Source: Candidatus Methylomirabilales bacterium
Lineage (GTDB): Bacteria > Methylomirabilota > Methylomirabilia > Methylomirabilales > CSP1-5
Assembly: GCA_046758505.1 (NCBI GenBank)
Contig: JBHIAH010000006.1
Span: 1,544 to 65,543 of the forward strand
Reading direction: 5' to 3'
DNA: 64,000 bases
Shown here piece by piece: positions 34,831 through 45,472 of the stretch. Each line of letters opens with the position of its first letter. Within the stretch, counting starts at the first letter, position 1. The notes below the pieces were generated by a model. It had not been told where the DNA came from. It saw nothing but the letters and a program-made list of their open reading frames with translations, and searched no databases. Both the position numbers and the translations under genes were made by a program.

Positions 34831-35718
34831 CGACCTAGGAGATTCCCCGCATGGTATGCCCTTTGCAAAGCGCCAGGCCTCGTTCATCACAGCCTCTGCA
34901 TCGTTGCCACCCCATATCTCGAGAATACACGCGCCGCCGTAATCCAGGCTTCCGAGTTTATCAAAAAACCGCGACCAGTCGATCCGTCCCCTCCCAGGGA
35001 CCCAGTGCAGATCTTCAACACCGTCGTTCTCGTGCAGGTGGAAGGAACAGAGCTCCGAGGCGCACTGATCGATCTCTCGAAGGGGATCGAGGCCGCTGGC
35101 CAGGCAATGGCCGGTATCGAGGCATATGCCGACATTATCCTCCCCCAGGCGGCGAGTTAGCCTCACGAGCTCCCGAAGGTCGGCAAAGGCAGGCGCCGTC
35201 TTCCTGAGGAGGTTTTCCAGGGCGATCCTGATTCCTTTCCGTCCGGCCAATCGCGCGACCCTTCGCAAGGATTCCTGACGGCACCCCGTCACGCCCGGCT
35301 CATCCTGGGATGGACCAGACGAAAACCATAGAAGCACCGGGTGCACCACCACGAAACGCACCTGCAACCGCTCAGCAGCCTCGAGCACCGGCACCATCAG
35401 CCTTTCCCATGCCACCCAGGCAGTATCGTTCGATAATTCCCGTCCCCTGAACTCATATGGGGCATGCAGGGAGACAGCTCGAAGACCCTCCCGCGTGAGA
35501 GCCTCCTGGACCCGGGCCACCTCATCCCCGAGGCGCGGGTCGAGATGGGCATAGTTACACCACAGCTCCACATTCCGGAACCCATGTCGCGCAATTCGTT
35601 GCAGCGCATCAACGGTCCCATCCGTCTCGCACGTCCAACTGGCAATCCCCACTTCAAACACGCGGTCGCTCTCCCGCTCCACTCTGCGCGTGCCCTGCGA
35701 CGCGCGGGGATCGGACAC
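34786..35718 (-). CDS. sugar phosphate isomerase/epimerase (xylose-isomerase-like TIM barrel)
   Basis: 310 aa. Pattern of HAPY.., VVHP, LENL, DTGH and HLHENDG typical of AP-endonuclease-2/xylose-isomerase-like barrels. Confidence 0.72.
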   Translation of the reverse strand: MSDPRASQGTRRVERESDRVFEVGIASWTCETDGTVDALQRIARHGFRNVELWCNYAHLDPRLGDEVARVQEALTREGLRAVSLHAPYEFRGRELSNDTAWVAWERLMVPVLEAAERLQVRFVVVHPVLLWFSSGPSQDEPGVTGCRQESLRRVARLAGRKGIRIALENLLRKTAPAFADLRELVRLTRRLGEDNVGICLDTGHCLASGLDPLREIDQCASELCSFHLHENDGVEDLHWVPGRGRIDWSRFFDKLGSLDYGGACILEIWGGNDAEAVMNEAWRFAKGIPCGESPRSRQGPTNSDWDDDRQ

Positions 35719-35982
35719 GACGACAGGCGTCTCTCTCCGGGCCCGTCAGCGCATCTCCACCACTTCAACGTCCCGGCCTACCCTTCGTAGGCGTACGTGC
35801 CCCTCCGTAAGGGACCGGGATTTACCACTCTCGCTCGTCCGATGAAGTCCATGCCTCGTCCTTCGGGGATATGTCCCGTAAAACAGAGGAGCGGCTGCAT
35901 CCGTGTAATGAACGCCCGGGTGGACGACTCCTGCCTCCCCCTCGGCTGCCCCTGGGAGGAAAGATTCACACCTAGTTGCCTG

Positions 35983-36684
35983 CTATGCTGCGGCCTTGCG
36001 CTCGCGGTGGAAAGCCTCGAGCTCGCGATTGGCGGTGATGATGGTCTCGAGTTTCTCCAGGAGAGCAGCCACCTTCGCGCCTGGCAACGCAACGTACAGC
36101 TCCTCGTCGGCCAACCCCGTGTAGATCCGGTTGCCGATACACCCAAAGCTCAGACCGGCCCGGCCTGCCTCGGCCGCTTCGGGGACAATGGCACAGGTCG
36201 GCCGAAGCCTCAGCGTCATGTCCTGCCTGATCCCGGCCGCGTACACCGCCTCCGCCACCAGCATCATCTGTTTCGGGTTCCCCCATACGAGGACGACGTC
36301 CGGATCGACCGGGGTTGCCGTCAGCGGCGCATAGATGGCGACACCAAACGGCGTGCGGCGCCGCGGGATCGTCGGCACCTCCTCCATGTGCATGTATTCG
36401 ATCCGGGCCATCATCCCGATAAGACGCTCGAGCTCCCGGGCCGGCTCGGCCGCCAGTTCGATACCGTGCGTGTGGGCGCCAATGGGACAATCGTAATGGT
36501 CCGACCCTTCCGTGCAGAACACCTGTCCTTCCGCTGCAAGCCTCCAGTACCCGCATCCCGCCGGCGCATGATGGCTAATCCGTTGGACGTTCGGCGGGGG
36601 CGTCGCCCTGAACGCGAGCGCCACCGGCACACATTGCAGGCCAAGCAGGTTCTGTAACTGCGTCCCCTGCGTCTTGTAATCCAT
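35983..36684 (-). CDS. DUF169-family protein
   Basis: Start at MDYKTQGTQLQ (ATG 36684). PVALAF..C.YW..A..G..F......H..CPIG and SFGCIGNR are conserved DUF169 features as I recall them. Confidence 0.7.
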   Translation of the reverse strand: MDYKTQGTQLQNLLGLQCVPVALAFRATPPPNVQRISHHAPAGCGYWRLAAEGQVFCTEGSDHYDCPIGAHTHGIELAAEPARELERLIGMMARIEYMHMEEVPTIPRRRTPFGVAIYAPLTATPVDPDVVLVWGNPKQMMLVAEAVYAAGIRQDMTLRLRPTCAIVPEAAEAGRAGLSFGCIGNRIYTGLADEELYVALPGAKVAALLEKLETIITANRELEAFHRERKAAA

Positions 36685-36932
36685 GGGAACCTCCCCTCTC
36701 TCACATTCCACCACCAGGAAACCACCTGGGGTTCGGTATTCTCTCCCAAGAAATCGGAAACATCCTGTGACAGGGTCCCCGCGACGAGGTCCATCGAAGG
36801 AGACCGCGCCCCAGAGCTGGGGCCAGGCCTTGAAACGTGCGTCGTATCATGCAACCCAGACTCGCTCAGGCATACTGGTCCGCCAAAGGCCATCCGTACT
36901 GGCTCCGCACGCTCGGCACCCCAAACCACCTC

Positions 36933-37235
36933 TCAGGTGTCGCCTTCCTCACCGCCACAATCTCCCCTTCCCTCAGACCGTTCTCGTACGTGAAGCTCTC
37001 GCATCGCACCAACACTCGAAAGCGCGGAGACGATATATGGCACAAATACCGTCAGGACCATCTTGAGGAACCGGGCACCATTGAGATCACCCCTGACGAT
37101 TGCGTCCCCGTGGTTAATCGCGATGAGCACTGCTCCAACAACTACTGCGTACTTCAGCGCCCGTCGAACTACAGGCCAGGTGCATGCCAAGCGAACCCAA
37201 TCACGGATCACTGGTAAGCTCCCCTGCACTCTCAA
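36933..37235 (-). CDS. small membrane protein resembling NrtS-type nitrate/nitrite transporter
   Basis: 100 aa. RRALKYAVVVGAVLIAINHGD..LKMVLTVFVPYIVSALS matches my recollection of the NrtS family; assigned from memory only. Confidence 0.5.
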   Translation of the reverse strand: MRVQGSLPVIRDWVRLACTWPVVRRALKYAVVVGAVLIAINHGDAIVRGDLNGARFLKMVLTVFVPYIVSALSSVGAMRELHVRERSEGRGDCGGEEGDT

Positions 37236-37302
37236 GAGCGCTTAAAGTGGACGAGTTGGCGGTACACGACCTGCAGCTGAAAGCGGATTCCCACGCCTCC
37301 CC

Positions 37303-38187
37303 TCAGCGGAGAGCAAGAGCCCAGCAGCAGATCAGCACCGCGAAGGCGGCACTGCCGAGGGCCCACTGAACGCGAGGTCCCGGCCGACGGGGCACGGCCA
37401 AGGCGACGACGAGCCCCAGGCCGCCACCCACCAGGAGGCCAAAAAGGTGAGCCCACAGGTCGGCGCGCTTCCCCATCCCCAGCATCGCAAGGAGGGCCAA
37501 ACCGGCCGCGATAGGCACCCAGGCCCGGCGCCCATGCCTCGCTCTCCGCCGGCGCCGCACGACCCCCAAGCCCACGAGCACCCCAACCGCACCAAACACT
37601 GCGGTAGACGCTCCTACCGAGACGTGAAGGGACCCGTGCACAAAGGCGTTTACGAGATTCCCTCCCGCACCCGCGAAGAGGACGAGGGCAGAGCCAAGTC
37701 CCGAACCCAACAAGCGACAAACAGCGCCCAGCACGACGGCCCCGGCGATCGCGTTGGCTACCGCGTGTCCGAGATCGGCGTGCAGCGTAAGCGCGGTCAC
37801 GATCCGCCAGATCTCACCGAGAAGAATCCGCTCGGCGTCGGCGCTACCCCGCTCGAACCAGTATACCCCCGGATCCCACGGACCGGTCACAAAGAAGAAT
37901 GCCAGAAGCACCCCCGCGACCCCGAGTCCCGTCCACAGGTGTCCAGCTCCGGCCGGTTCCTCGCCCTCCTGAGGCTCTATCGGGTTCTCGTGCTCGTAGG
38001 CAGTGAGGGCGGCACCAGCCCTTTCCACCTCTTCGGCCGGCACGCCGAGGACATAACCCTCCTGCGCGGCCCGCACCCTCGGGGTGAGGCCCTCGGCGAT
38101 GAGCACCAGCGCCCACTCCTCGGCGAGCGCGCGCTCGGGAGCGACCCGTAGTGGAATCTCTGATTCCATATTCATGGTATGCGTCAT
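37303..38187 (-). CDS. rhomboid-family intramembrane serine protease
   Basis: 294 aa. HADLGHAVANA (HxxxN) and GASTAVFG (GxSxxxxG) in a 6-TM core, with an N-terminal soluble extension. Confidence 0.8.
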   Translation of the reverse strand: MTHTMNMESEIPLRVAPERALAEEWALVLIAEGLTPRVRAAQEGYVLGVPAEEVERAGAALTAYEHENPIEPQEGEEPAGAGHLWTGLGVAGVLLAFFFVTGPWDPGVYWFERGSADAERILLGEIWRIVTALTLHADLGHAVANAIAGAVVLGAVCRLLGSGLGSALVLFAGAGGNLVNAFVHGSLHVSVGASTAVFGAVGVLVGLGVVRRRRRARHGRRAWVPIAAGLALLAMLGMGKRADLWAHLFGLLVGGGLGLVVALAVPRRPGPRVQWALGSAAFAVLICCWALALR

Positions 38188-38243
38188 CTGAGGCGTTCGC
38201 TACGCCCAACGCGCTCGGACGCCTTTGTGGGATAATCGGAGCC

Positions 38244-39215
38244 TCAGGACCATTGCTCGATAGTGATTAAGGCGTGCGCGATTCTCTGTTTCAGCGCCTG
38301 CGCCGACTCTGGAGTCCAGTCGTAGAAGCCCTGCCCCGTCTTTACCCCGAGCTCGCCTCGTTCCACTTTCCCCTTCAGCACGGGCGATACGTCAGGCGAG
38401 GATGCCAGATGAGGAAAAAGTCCCGAACTCATGGCCAAGAGTAAATCCCATCCCGCGACCTCAAAGACCTCAAAGACGCCAGCCACCGCCCAGCGGCGTC
38501 CGATGCTGTTTTTTATCACGGTATCCACGTCTTGTGCCGTAGCGACGCCGTTTTCAACGAGCCAGAGCGACTCCCGAAGCAGCGCCCCCTGCAGGCGATT
38601 CACGATGAAACCGGGAACCTCTTTCTGCAGGATGACGGGACGTTTTCCAATTTTTGCCAGCAGGGCAAAAATGGTTGCGACGGTTTCCTCGGATGTCGCA
38701 GGGCCTCGCACGATCTCAACAAGCGGGATGAGATATGGAGGATTGGAAAAGTGCGCTACGAGCACCCTGTCGGCCCGCCGGATCCCCGAGGCAAACGCAC
38801 TCGGCATCAACGTAGACGTAGTGCTCGCCAGGATCGTGCGGTCTGGACACGTCCTATCAAGATCCCGAAAAATCCGGTGCTTGAGTGCCAGGTCCTCATA
38901 CACGGATTCGATGACCACATCGGTACCTTCGACCGCCTCGGTCAGCACCGTGCTGGTATGAATCTTCGCCGGGACGGACTCGGCCTGCTCGCGGGTTACC
39001 AATCCAAACCCCATGAGTCTTTCGAGGTTATCCCGAATATTTCGGGTGGCCCCTTGCACACTGTCTTTGGTGTGTGAGTGCAGGTGGACCTCATAGCCGG
39101 CAAGGGCAAATTCCTGGGCAATTCCATGTCCCATCAAGCCGGCACCAACAACCGCTATCCGCCTGATCTCATCGGCGTTCACAAGACCCTCCTTTTCTCG
39201 AGCTACAGCTATCAA
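38244..39215 (-). CDS. 3-hydroxyacyl-CoA dehydrogenase-family NAD-dependent oxidoreductase
   Basis: 323 aa. IAVVGAGLMGHGIAQ Rossmann motif, HFSNPPYLIPLVEIV and EVPGFIVNRL. Confidence 0.86.
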   Translation of the reverse strand: MIAVAREKEGLVNADEIRRIAVVGAGLMGHGIAQEFALAGYEVHLHSHTKDSVQGATRNIRDNLERLMGFGLVTREQAESVPAKIHTSTVLTEAVEGTDVVIESVYEDLALKHRIFRDLDRTCPDRTILASTTSTLMPSAFASGIRRADRVLVAHFSNPPYLIPLVEIVRGPATSEETVATIFALLAKIGKRPVILQKEVPGFIVNRLQGALLRESLWLVENGVATAQDVDTVIKNSIGRRWAVAGVFEVFEVAGWDLLLAMSSGLFPHLASSPDVSPVLKGKVERGELGVKTGQGFYDWTPESAQALKQRIAHALITIEQWS

Positions 39216-39263
39216 TACCCGATGTCTGTAGGAACCTCGTGTATTCGAATCCCGCCAACACGC

Positions 39264-39605
39264 TCAATGTGGACCCAGCCAGCCGACCTTGACTAAATTC
39301 ACACGTCCTTGTCGGTCAAAATAAATCCCCTCTGCTTCCAGCAACTGACGCTGCCGCAGCTCGCCGTCCCCGCCCCCGCGGCGACTGATCTTGCCCTGGC
39401 GGTTGATCACCCGATGCCAGGGAACATCGGCATCATCGGGAACCGCAGCCATGGCATATCCGACGATTCGGGCCGTACACCGACCTACGATTTTTGCAAC
39501 CTGACCGTAGGTCGCCACCCCACCGGGCGGAATGTGACGAACAACGGCATATATCCTTTCATACAGGGGAGCCCCTCTCACCGAACGTGTGAACATATTT
39601 GTCAA
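39264..39605 (-). CDS. alkyltransferase-like protein (ATL): MGMT DNA-binding domain with Trp in place of the acceptor Cys
   Basis: 113 aa. [27 protein letters not shown]. Active O6-alkylguanine transferases carry PCHRV at this position. Confidence 0.75.
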   Translation of the reverse strand: MTNMFTRSVRGAPLYERIYAVVRHIPPGGVATYGQVAKIVGRCTARIVGYAMAAVPDDADVPWHRVINRQGKISRRGGGDGELRQRQLLEAEGIYFDRQGRVNLVKVGWLGPH

Positions 39606-40063
39606 TACATCCGTCTCTGCTTTTCCACGTACCGTTGATGATAGTCTTCCGCCCGATAGAACGCCGATGCGGGCGTAATCTCTGTCACAATCGGTTTCCG
39701 ATACCGCCCGCTCTTCTCCAGCTTTTCTTTACCCGCGATGGCCGCAGCTTCCTGATCGCAGTTATGAAAAAATATGGCAGATCGATACTGCGTGCCAATG
39801 TCCGGTCCCTGCCGATTGAGCGCCATGGGGTCATGGACATTCCAGAACACTTCCAAAAGATCCTCGTAGGACACCTCGGAGGGGTCGTACTCGACCTCCA
39901 CCACCTCAGCATGTCCGGTCTTCCCCGAGCACACATCTGTATATGTCGGGTTTTCAAACGTTCCTCCGAGATACCCCACCGTCGTTGACACAACTCCCGG
40001 AACCTTTCGAAACGCAAATTCGACTCCCCAAAAACACCCTGCTCCAAACGTGGCCTTTTCCAT
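39602..40063 (-). CDS. msrA: peptide-methionine (S)-S-oxide reductase
   Basis: Start at [15 protein letters not shown] (ATG 40063). GCFWG active site, GHAEVV and YHQRY. Confidence 0.9.
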   Translation of the reverse strand: MEKATFGAGCFWGVEFAFRKVPGVVSTTVGYLGGTFENPTYTDVCSGKTGHAEVVEVEYDPSEVSYEDLLEVFWNVHDPMALNRQGPDIGTQYRSAIFFHNCDQEAAAIAGKEKLEKSGRYRKPIVTEITPASAFYRAEDYHQRYVEKQRRMY

Positions 40064-40131
40064 TGTTTGTATGCCCTCCAATGATTTTCCGACTGCCAGG
40101 TTGGCAACGACACCTCTTGCGCACACGTCGC

Positions 40132-40575
40132 TTAGAAGACTTCCCCCGTCCGAAACGCGACACCCATCATGGCGAGAAGAACTGCAATGATTGTCACCGC
40201 AATGATGTGAAAGGCAAGATTCCCCATATTGTGCGAAGACAGATGGGGGGCAATTCGCACGCGCGCATCAACTGCGAGAGTGACCGTAAGAACGAGAAGG
40301 GCTACCTTGGCAAAAATGAGCGTGGATACAGGGTCTTCGAATGAAAACCAGCTGGAGACATCCGGAACCAGTTGATATGCGAGCCAGAAACCTGTGGCGA
40401 CTTGAAGGAGCAGGGCCGGAAGTCCAATCCGTTCGAACCCCGAGTCGAACTCGAGGATCAACGCGGGATCGCGACGCCTCAGGGCCTTCGGTAGCACCGT
40501 CATCGCAAGTACAAGGTGTCCCCCTGTCCACACTGTGGCCCCCAACACGTGAAGCATCAGAAGATATTTATACAT
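40132..40575 (-). CDS. CopD-like 4-TM membrane protein
   Basis: 147 aa. [16 protein letters not shown] resembles the H-x6-W-x-GG motif of CopD/YcnJ-type proteins. Confidence 0.5.
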   Translation of the reverse strand: MYKYLLMLHVLGATVWTGGHLVLAMTVLPKALRRRDPALILEFDSGFERIGLPALLLQVATGFWLAYQLVPDVSSWFSFEDPVSTLIFAKVALLVLTVTLAVDARVRIAPHLSSHNMGNLAFHIIAVTIIAVLLAMMGVAFRTGEVF

Positions 40576-40643
40576 CGATCCCCTTCTACACCTACTTTGA
40601 TTCAGGCGCCTACCGAAGGCGTGCGATGTGTACGGGAAAGATA

Positions 40644-40982
40644 CTACAGGGGCTCATCACGGTACCGTTGCTCTTGGAAGATCGTGGACAGCGTCCAGAA
40701 CGTATCAAGAATCTCCCCTGCACAAATCCTCATCTCTCCCTTCGTGGCGGCGCCACTTACCTCGGACATCAGGGCCTTGATTGCGGCCATGATGTCCAGG
40801 ATTTCAGCCCGATCGGATTTCGCAGCGATGCAGTTTCGCACGTCGTCTATCAGCGGCTTCAACCCGTGGTGTAACCGCTTTGTGTACATCATCTGGGCTG
40901 TCAATCCCTGAAAGTCGGCGAGTCCCGCGGCGACCGACTCGAGGGCGTGAAGCAGTTTCTCTGCGTCCGCTTGAAGCCCCAT
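40644..40982 (-). CDS. hypothetical helical protein
   Basis: 112 aa, no recognisable motif. Coding potential is judged only from ORF length and its position in a co-oriented gene string. Confidence 0.4.
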   Translation of the reverse strand: MGLQADAEKLLHALESVAAGLADFQGLTAQMMYTKRLHHGLKPLIDDVRNCIAAKSDRAEILDIMAAIKALMSEVSGAATKGEMRICAGEILDTFWTLSTIFQEQRYRDEPL

Positions 40983-41093
40983 CTCTCTCTCGAAATATCG
41001 TGGCCCATGCAGCCTGCGTCACAAATCAACATTACGCTGTAGAAGGCCGCGCAGCGCACTCCTGTCGGCTTTCTTGCCCTCTGTGACGGCAAG

Positions 41094-41621
41094 CTAGATA
41101 CCCAGCTCGACCACCTCCGCATCGAGGTTGCCATCGCGTATGCAGAGACGGGCCACCGAGACCGGCAGGGCGAATCGCCGGGGACCGGCACTTCCCGGAT
41201 TCAGGAACAGTACGCCGTCTCTCTCCTGAGCTCCAGGCCGATGCGAGTGGCCGGAAATCACGACGGTGAACCCGCCTGCCGCCGGATCGAGATCGAGTTC
41301 GCTCGGGTCGTGGAGGACATAGAGCGAGTGTTCGCCCACATCCACGACCTCGGTTTCCGGCAATGCCTCTGCCCAGGTGCCCTTGTCGGCATTACCCCGC
41401 ACCGCGGCCACCGGCGCGATCTTTCTGAGCTCCTCCAGAACCTCGGGCTTTCCGATGTCGCCAGCGTGGACGATCAGCGTAGAACCCTCGAGCGCGGCGA
41501 CCGCTTCAGGTCGCAGCAGCCCGTGGGTGTCAGCGATGACCCCAACAACGTGATCAGCCTGTCGACCGGACCCCATCCTTGGCCAACTCCTCCTTGTCCA
41601 GCACGCTGACGCTTCGTTCAC
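41094..41621 (-). CDS. YfcE/MJ0936-type metallophosphoesterase
   Basis: GVIADTHG, HAGDIG, GNAD and SGHSHRP motifs in order. Confidence 0.8.
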   Translation of the reverse strand: MNEASACWTRRSWPRMGSGRQADHVVGVIADTHGLLRPEAVAALEGSTLIVHAGDIGKPEVLEELRKIAPVAAVRGNADKGTWAEALPETEVVDVGEHSLYVLHDPSELDLDPAAGGFTVVISGHSHRPGAQERDGVLFLNPGSAGPRRFALPVSVARLCIRDGNLDAEVVELGI

Positions 41622-41787
41622 CCGGCAATACTGAACCTACCATGCCCGCATACTTGTGTCGAGGCGCCGACGTCTTCACCGGCCAGACCGCAACCGAATG
41701 CGCATCCAGCTATTTTCGACCGGTGCGAGAACACGACCACGCATCCCGGCGGAAATCGCGAGGGGCGCAGAAAACAGCAGATGAATC

Positions 41788-42360
41788 TCATTGCATTGCC
41801 CGGATCTCGGCGTGGCGAAAGCAGGCGACCAGATGATCGTTCACCATTCCGGCAGCCTGCATGAACGCGTAACAGATGGTCGAGCCCACGAAAGTGAAAC
41901 CCCGGTCTTTCAAGGCCTTGCTCATCCCGTCTGATTGCTTCGTCCGGGCGGGAATCTGCCGGATCGTTGCCCACGAGTTGTGCCGAGGCATCCCGCCCAC
42001 AAACTGCCAGATAAAGGCCTCGAACGATCCGATCTCTTCCTGGATCCGAAGAACTGCCTGGGCGTTGCCCACGGTGGCCGCAATCTTTTGTCTGTTCCGG
42101 ACGATTCGGGGGTCTAACAGCAGCCGATCCATTCGGCGCGTCGTGTACCGGGCAATCTTGTTGGGCTCGAAGTTGTCGAACGCCCTGCGGAAGCCCTCGC
42201 GCTTGTTGAGGATAATCGCCCAGCTCAACCCCGCCTGGAAGGTATCCAGCACCATGTACTCGAAGAGCTTCCGGTCGTCGTGTACGGGTACGCCCCACTC
42301 TCGATCGTGGTAGGCGATCATCAGCGCACTCCCCTCGGCCCACCCGCACCGCTTGGTCAT
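41788..42360 (-). CDS. tag: DNA-3-methyladenine glycosylase I
   Basis: 190 aa. RCGWA....MIAYHDREWGVP.HDDRKLFE...L..FQAGLSW is the classic Tag N-terminus. Confidence 0.9.
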   Translation of the reverse strand: MTKRCGWAEGSALMIAYHDREWGVPVHDDRKLFEYMVLDTFQAGLSWAIILNKREGFRRAFDNFEPNKIARYTTRRMDRLLLDPRIVRNRQKIAATVGNAQAVLRIQEEIGSFEAFIWQFVGGMPRHNSWATIRQIPARTKQSDGMSKALKDRGFTFVGSTICYAFMQAAGMVNDHLVACFRHAEIRAMQ

Positions 42361-42616
42361 GGCCGCCGTCGCCCCCTCCGGCTCAATGGCTCAACCCGGC
42401 CATTATCCATTGTATTTTGTTCAAAGCCTCATGCGTTTGAGGTAAACAGCCGGGATTCGGCCATATCAATTCCATGAACAGCCTCGTTATCAATCAGATA
42501 CGAAACATAGATTATGTAATGGTTTAAGTTACTGTGTCATGGTCTTTCATTCAAATCGATACCGATTCCTCGCCAGACGCCGGATGGCCCCGCTGCACGC
42601 CATCACAGTTCCCCCT

Positions 42617-43480
42617 TCATGCCTCGGGATTCACCACCGTGAACAGCGCCGAATAATCCGCATCCCCCCAGCCCGCCGACACGGTCCGTTCCAACATGGC
42701 GCGGAGGCCGTGCAGGGCTCCCGTCTCAAGCCCCACGTACCTCGCCTCCTGCAGAAACAAATCGACATCTTTCAACAGATGGCGCGTAGGAAAGTTAGGG
42801 TTCGCATAATCGCGTTCCAACAGGCGTGACAGTTTCTTATCGAAGGTCGGGGCATAGAGGGCGCTGTCGCGTACGAGAGACATAAAGGTCTCCACCGGGA
42901 CCTGATCGCGGAGAACCAGGCCCAGGCTGAGCGCAAAGGCAGCCGTCAGGGAGGCGATCAGTTGGTTCAGGGCAAGCTTCGTGGCCGCCGCCTGCCCCAC
43001 CGGACCGATAAGACGAGGGCTCGGGCCGAAGCATTGGAGGAGCCCCGACCATCGTTCAAGCTGCTCGGACGAGGCCCCAACCATCACGATCAGGTTTCCA
43101 GCCCGCGCCTCGGGGGTACTCCCCAGGACCGGGGCCTCGAGATACTCCCCCCCGGCCGCCATCACGTCCTGGTGGATGGCCCGACTTTCGCGAGGAGCGA
43201 TGGTCCCCATCTGAATGACGGTGCGCCCCGCCAGTGTTTTCCGAGCGGCTTCCGAGAACAGGACCTGCCGTATCGCCTGGGCATCTGCCAGCATGAGGAT
43301 CACACATGTCGCCGAGCGTATGGCCTCCCCAGGCTGCTCCGCGATTACCGCCCCTTTCGACCGTAACGGCTCGGCCTTCTGCCGAGTACGATTATAGACC
43401 GCCACCTCGTGCCCTGCGGCCAACAGCCGCTCCGCCATCGGCTGTCCCATCAATCCGGTACCCAAGAGCGCAATCTTCAT
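42617..43480 (-). CDS. NAD(P)-dependent beta-hydroxyacid dehydrogenase-family oxidoreductase
   Basis: Start at MKIALLGTGLMGQPMAERL (ATG 43480). Architecture is a 6-phosphogluconate-dehydrogenase-like NAD-binding domain followed by a helical domain. Confidence 0.83.
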   Translation of the reverse strand: MKIALLGTGLMGQPMAERLLAAGHEVAVYNRTRQKAEPLRSKGAVIAEQPGEAIRSATCVILMLADAQAIRQVLFSEAARKTLAGRTVIQMGTIAPRESRAIHQDVMAAGGEYLEAPVLGSTPEARAGNLIVMVGASSEQLERWSGLLQCFGPSPRLIGPVGQAAATKLALNQLIASLTAAFALSLGLVLRDQVPVETFMSLVRDSALYAPTFDKKLSRLLERDYANPNFPTRHLLKDVDLFLQEARYVGLETGALHGLRAMLERTVSAGWGDADYSALFTVVNPEA

Positions 43481-43520
43481 GTCCTGCTCCCCACCCGTCC
43501 TGCGTTGCTCTGTATATGCT

Positions 43521-43850
43521 TCACCGACGACTGCGCGAGGCTTCCTCCTTGATCGCATCGAGGCTCACAACGGACTCATCCCCGAGCACCTCGGCGCTGT
43601 GCACCGCCCCCCGCGGCACAGCAAGACAGTCACCGACCTCAAGGACGGCTGCCTCCCCTTCCATCGTCATGCGAAATCGGCCGGAGACGACTGCATCGAT
43701 CTTGTCGATGGCATGCGTGTGCTCGGGAAAAGATGTCCCCGGTGCGTACACGTAGCGTGTCACGCGATAGCCTCGCTCCTCCAACTTCTGCCACAGTGCT
43801 TTTTCAGACAAGGGCCCATCCCGCTCTGCATCCCACCGCTCGACCCTCAT
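43521..43850 (-). CDS. cupin-domain protein
   Basis: 109 aa. FPEHTHAIDKI..G....EVGDCLAVPRGAVHSA are the two cupin motifs. Confidence 0.75.
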   Translation of the reverse strand: MRVERWDAERDGPLSEKALWQKLEERGYRVTRYVYAPGTSFPEHTHAIDKIDAVVSGRFRMTMEGEAAVLEVGDCLAVPRGAVHSAEVLGDESVVSLDAIKEEASRSRR

Positions 43851-43947
43851 CGCTCCCCCCCCTTCATTCCGGCACCTAGCTCATGACATTCCCGACCTAC
43901 TATACCTAAATAACAAGGCACTTACACATATCTCTTAAAGTAGTCGT

Positions 43948-45195
43948 TCATGTTCCAACGTGACGAAGCATCGTCCGTTTCACCACGGCCTCAAGCGTCA
44001 GTCCCTGCACCACGATCGAAAAAATGACAACAGCATACGTGATCGTCAGAATCACGTCGCGCTCGGGGCCGAGCGGCAGCGACAACGCCAGGGCGACCGA
44101 GATACCCCCCCGAAGGCCGCCCCAGGTCATGATCCGGACCGCTCCCGGACTGAACGTTCGAAAGACGCGAAGCAGTGTGACCGGGATCCCGACGGCAACG
44201 AACCGGGCCACGAGCACAAGCGGAATGATGAGCAGGCTCGCCAGGAGGACCTGCTGCGTGAACGCAAGCACCAGGACCTCCAAGCCAATCAGCACGAACA
44301 ACACTGCGTTGAGGATTTCGTCGACAAGTTCCCAGAAGACATCCAGGTGAGCGCGCGTTTCCGCTGACATGCCGAGTAGCCGACCGTGGTTTCCGACCAA
44401 AAGGCCCGCCACCACGATGGCAATGGGTCCCGAGAGGTGCAGCGCGTCGGCCAGTCCAAAGCCTCCGGCGACCGTGGCGAGCGTGATGAGGACTTCGACC
44501 TGATAGTTATCCACGCTCTTGAGCATCTGGTAAGCCACATAGCCCACTCCCAAGCCAAACAGCGCGCCCCCGATCGCTTCCTGAACAAACAGCCGCCCGA
44601 CGTGCCCGGCACTGACCTCATGGCTTCCGGTGGCAAGCTCCAGGATGACCAGGAAGAGAACGATGCCCACCCCGTCATTAAACAGGGACTCCCCCGCGAT
44701 TCGCATCTCCAGGCTTTTGGGGACCCGGGCGGTTTTCAAGATACCCAGCACCGCAATCGGATCGGTTGGCGAGATGAGCGCACCGAACAGCAGGCAGTAA
44801 GCATACGACAACACAATCCCGAACCATCCCAGTACCACCCACATCAGCGTCCCGACGAGGAACGCCGATATGAGGGTTCCGACCGTCGCCAGGGAGCCGA
44901 TGCTCCACTTCCACTCCATCAAATCATTGATGTTGATGTGAAGCGCGCCGGCGAACAAAAGGAAGCTCAGCATTCCCTGGAGCACCGTCTTGTCAAAGTC
45001 GATACTGCGGAGCAACGTCTCTGCCTGCTCCTGGAGGCCGAACCCGAACCATCCCAAGAGATTGAGCGTCAGCGACATCGCAAGGGCAATCACCATGACC
45101 CCGATGGTGATGGGCAGGCCAATGTAGCGGAAATTGATGTAGCTGAATGCGGCAGCCAGCGTGATTAGAATCGCAAGAATGCTAAACAGGTCCAT
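43948..45195 (-). CDS. CPA1-family Na+/H+ antiporter (NhaP-type)
   Basis: 415 aa, about 12 TM. LLFGALISPTDPIAV and ESLFNDGVGIVLF motifs. Confidence 0.88.
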   Translation of the reverse strand: MDLFSILAILITLAAAFSYINFRYIGLPITIGVMVIALAMSLTLNLLGWFGFGLQEQAETLLRSIDFDKTVLQGMLSFLLFAGALHININDLMEWKWSIGSLATVGTLISAFLVGTLMWVVLGWFGIVLSYAYCLLFGALISPTDPIAVLGILKTARVPKSLEMRIAGESLFNDGVGIVLFLVILELATGSHEVSAGHVGRLFVQEAIGGALFGLGVGYVAYQMLKSVDNYQVEVLITLATVAGGFGLADALHLSGPIAIVVAGLLVGNHGRLLGMSAETRAHLDVFWELVDEILNAVLFVLIGLEVLVLAFTQQVLLASLLIIPLVLVARFVAVGIPVTLLRVFRTFSPGAVRIMTWGGLRGGISVALALSLPLGPERDVILTITYAVVIFSIVVQGLTLEAVVKRTMLRHVGT

Positions 45196-45472
45196 GCCAG
45201 GCCCTTGCAGGACTTATCGGCGTGTATGAGCTGCAGGGATGACCTATCGTTCCTGGCGGTCTCACGCTGAGCGGTGCAGAGTTGTAACGATGCTTACGGG
45301 TGTGAGGAAGAAAAAGGACCTTTTGGCCTGTCCTTCTCAGGATTGAATCTCGGGCAAGCCTAACTCTGCCGCTGGAGGACTTACGATCAAGGACCGCCTG
45401 ACGGCTCTTGCTTGGACAGCCCGAGTCGCCGGCGCGAACCGCTCCGTGCTCCCTCGTGCGGTTGGGCAACTC

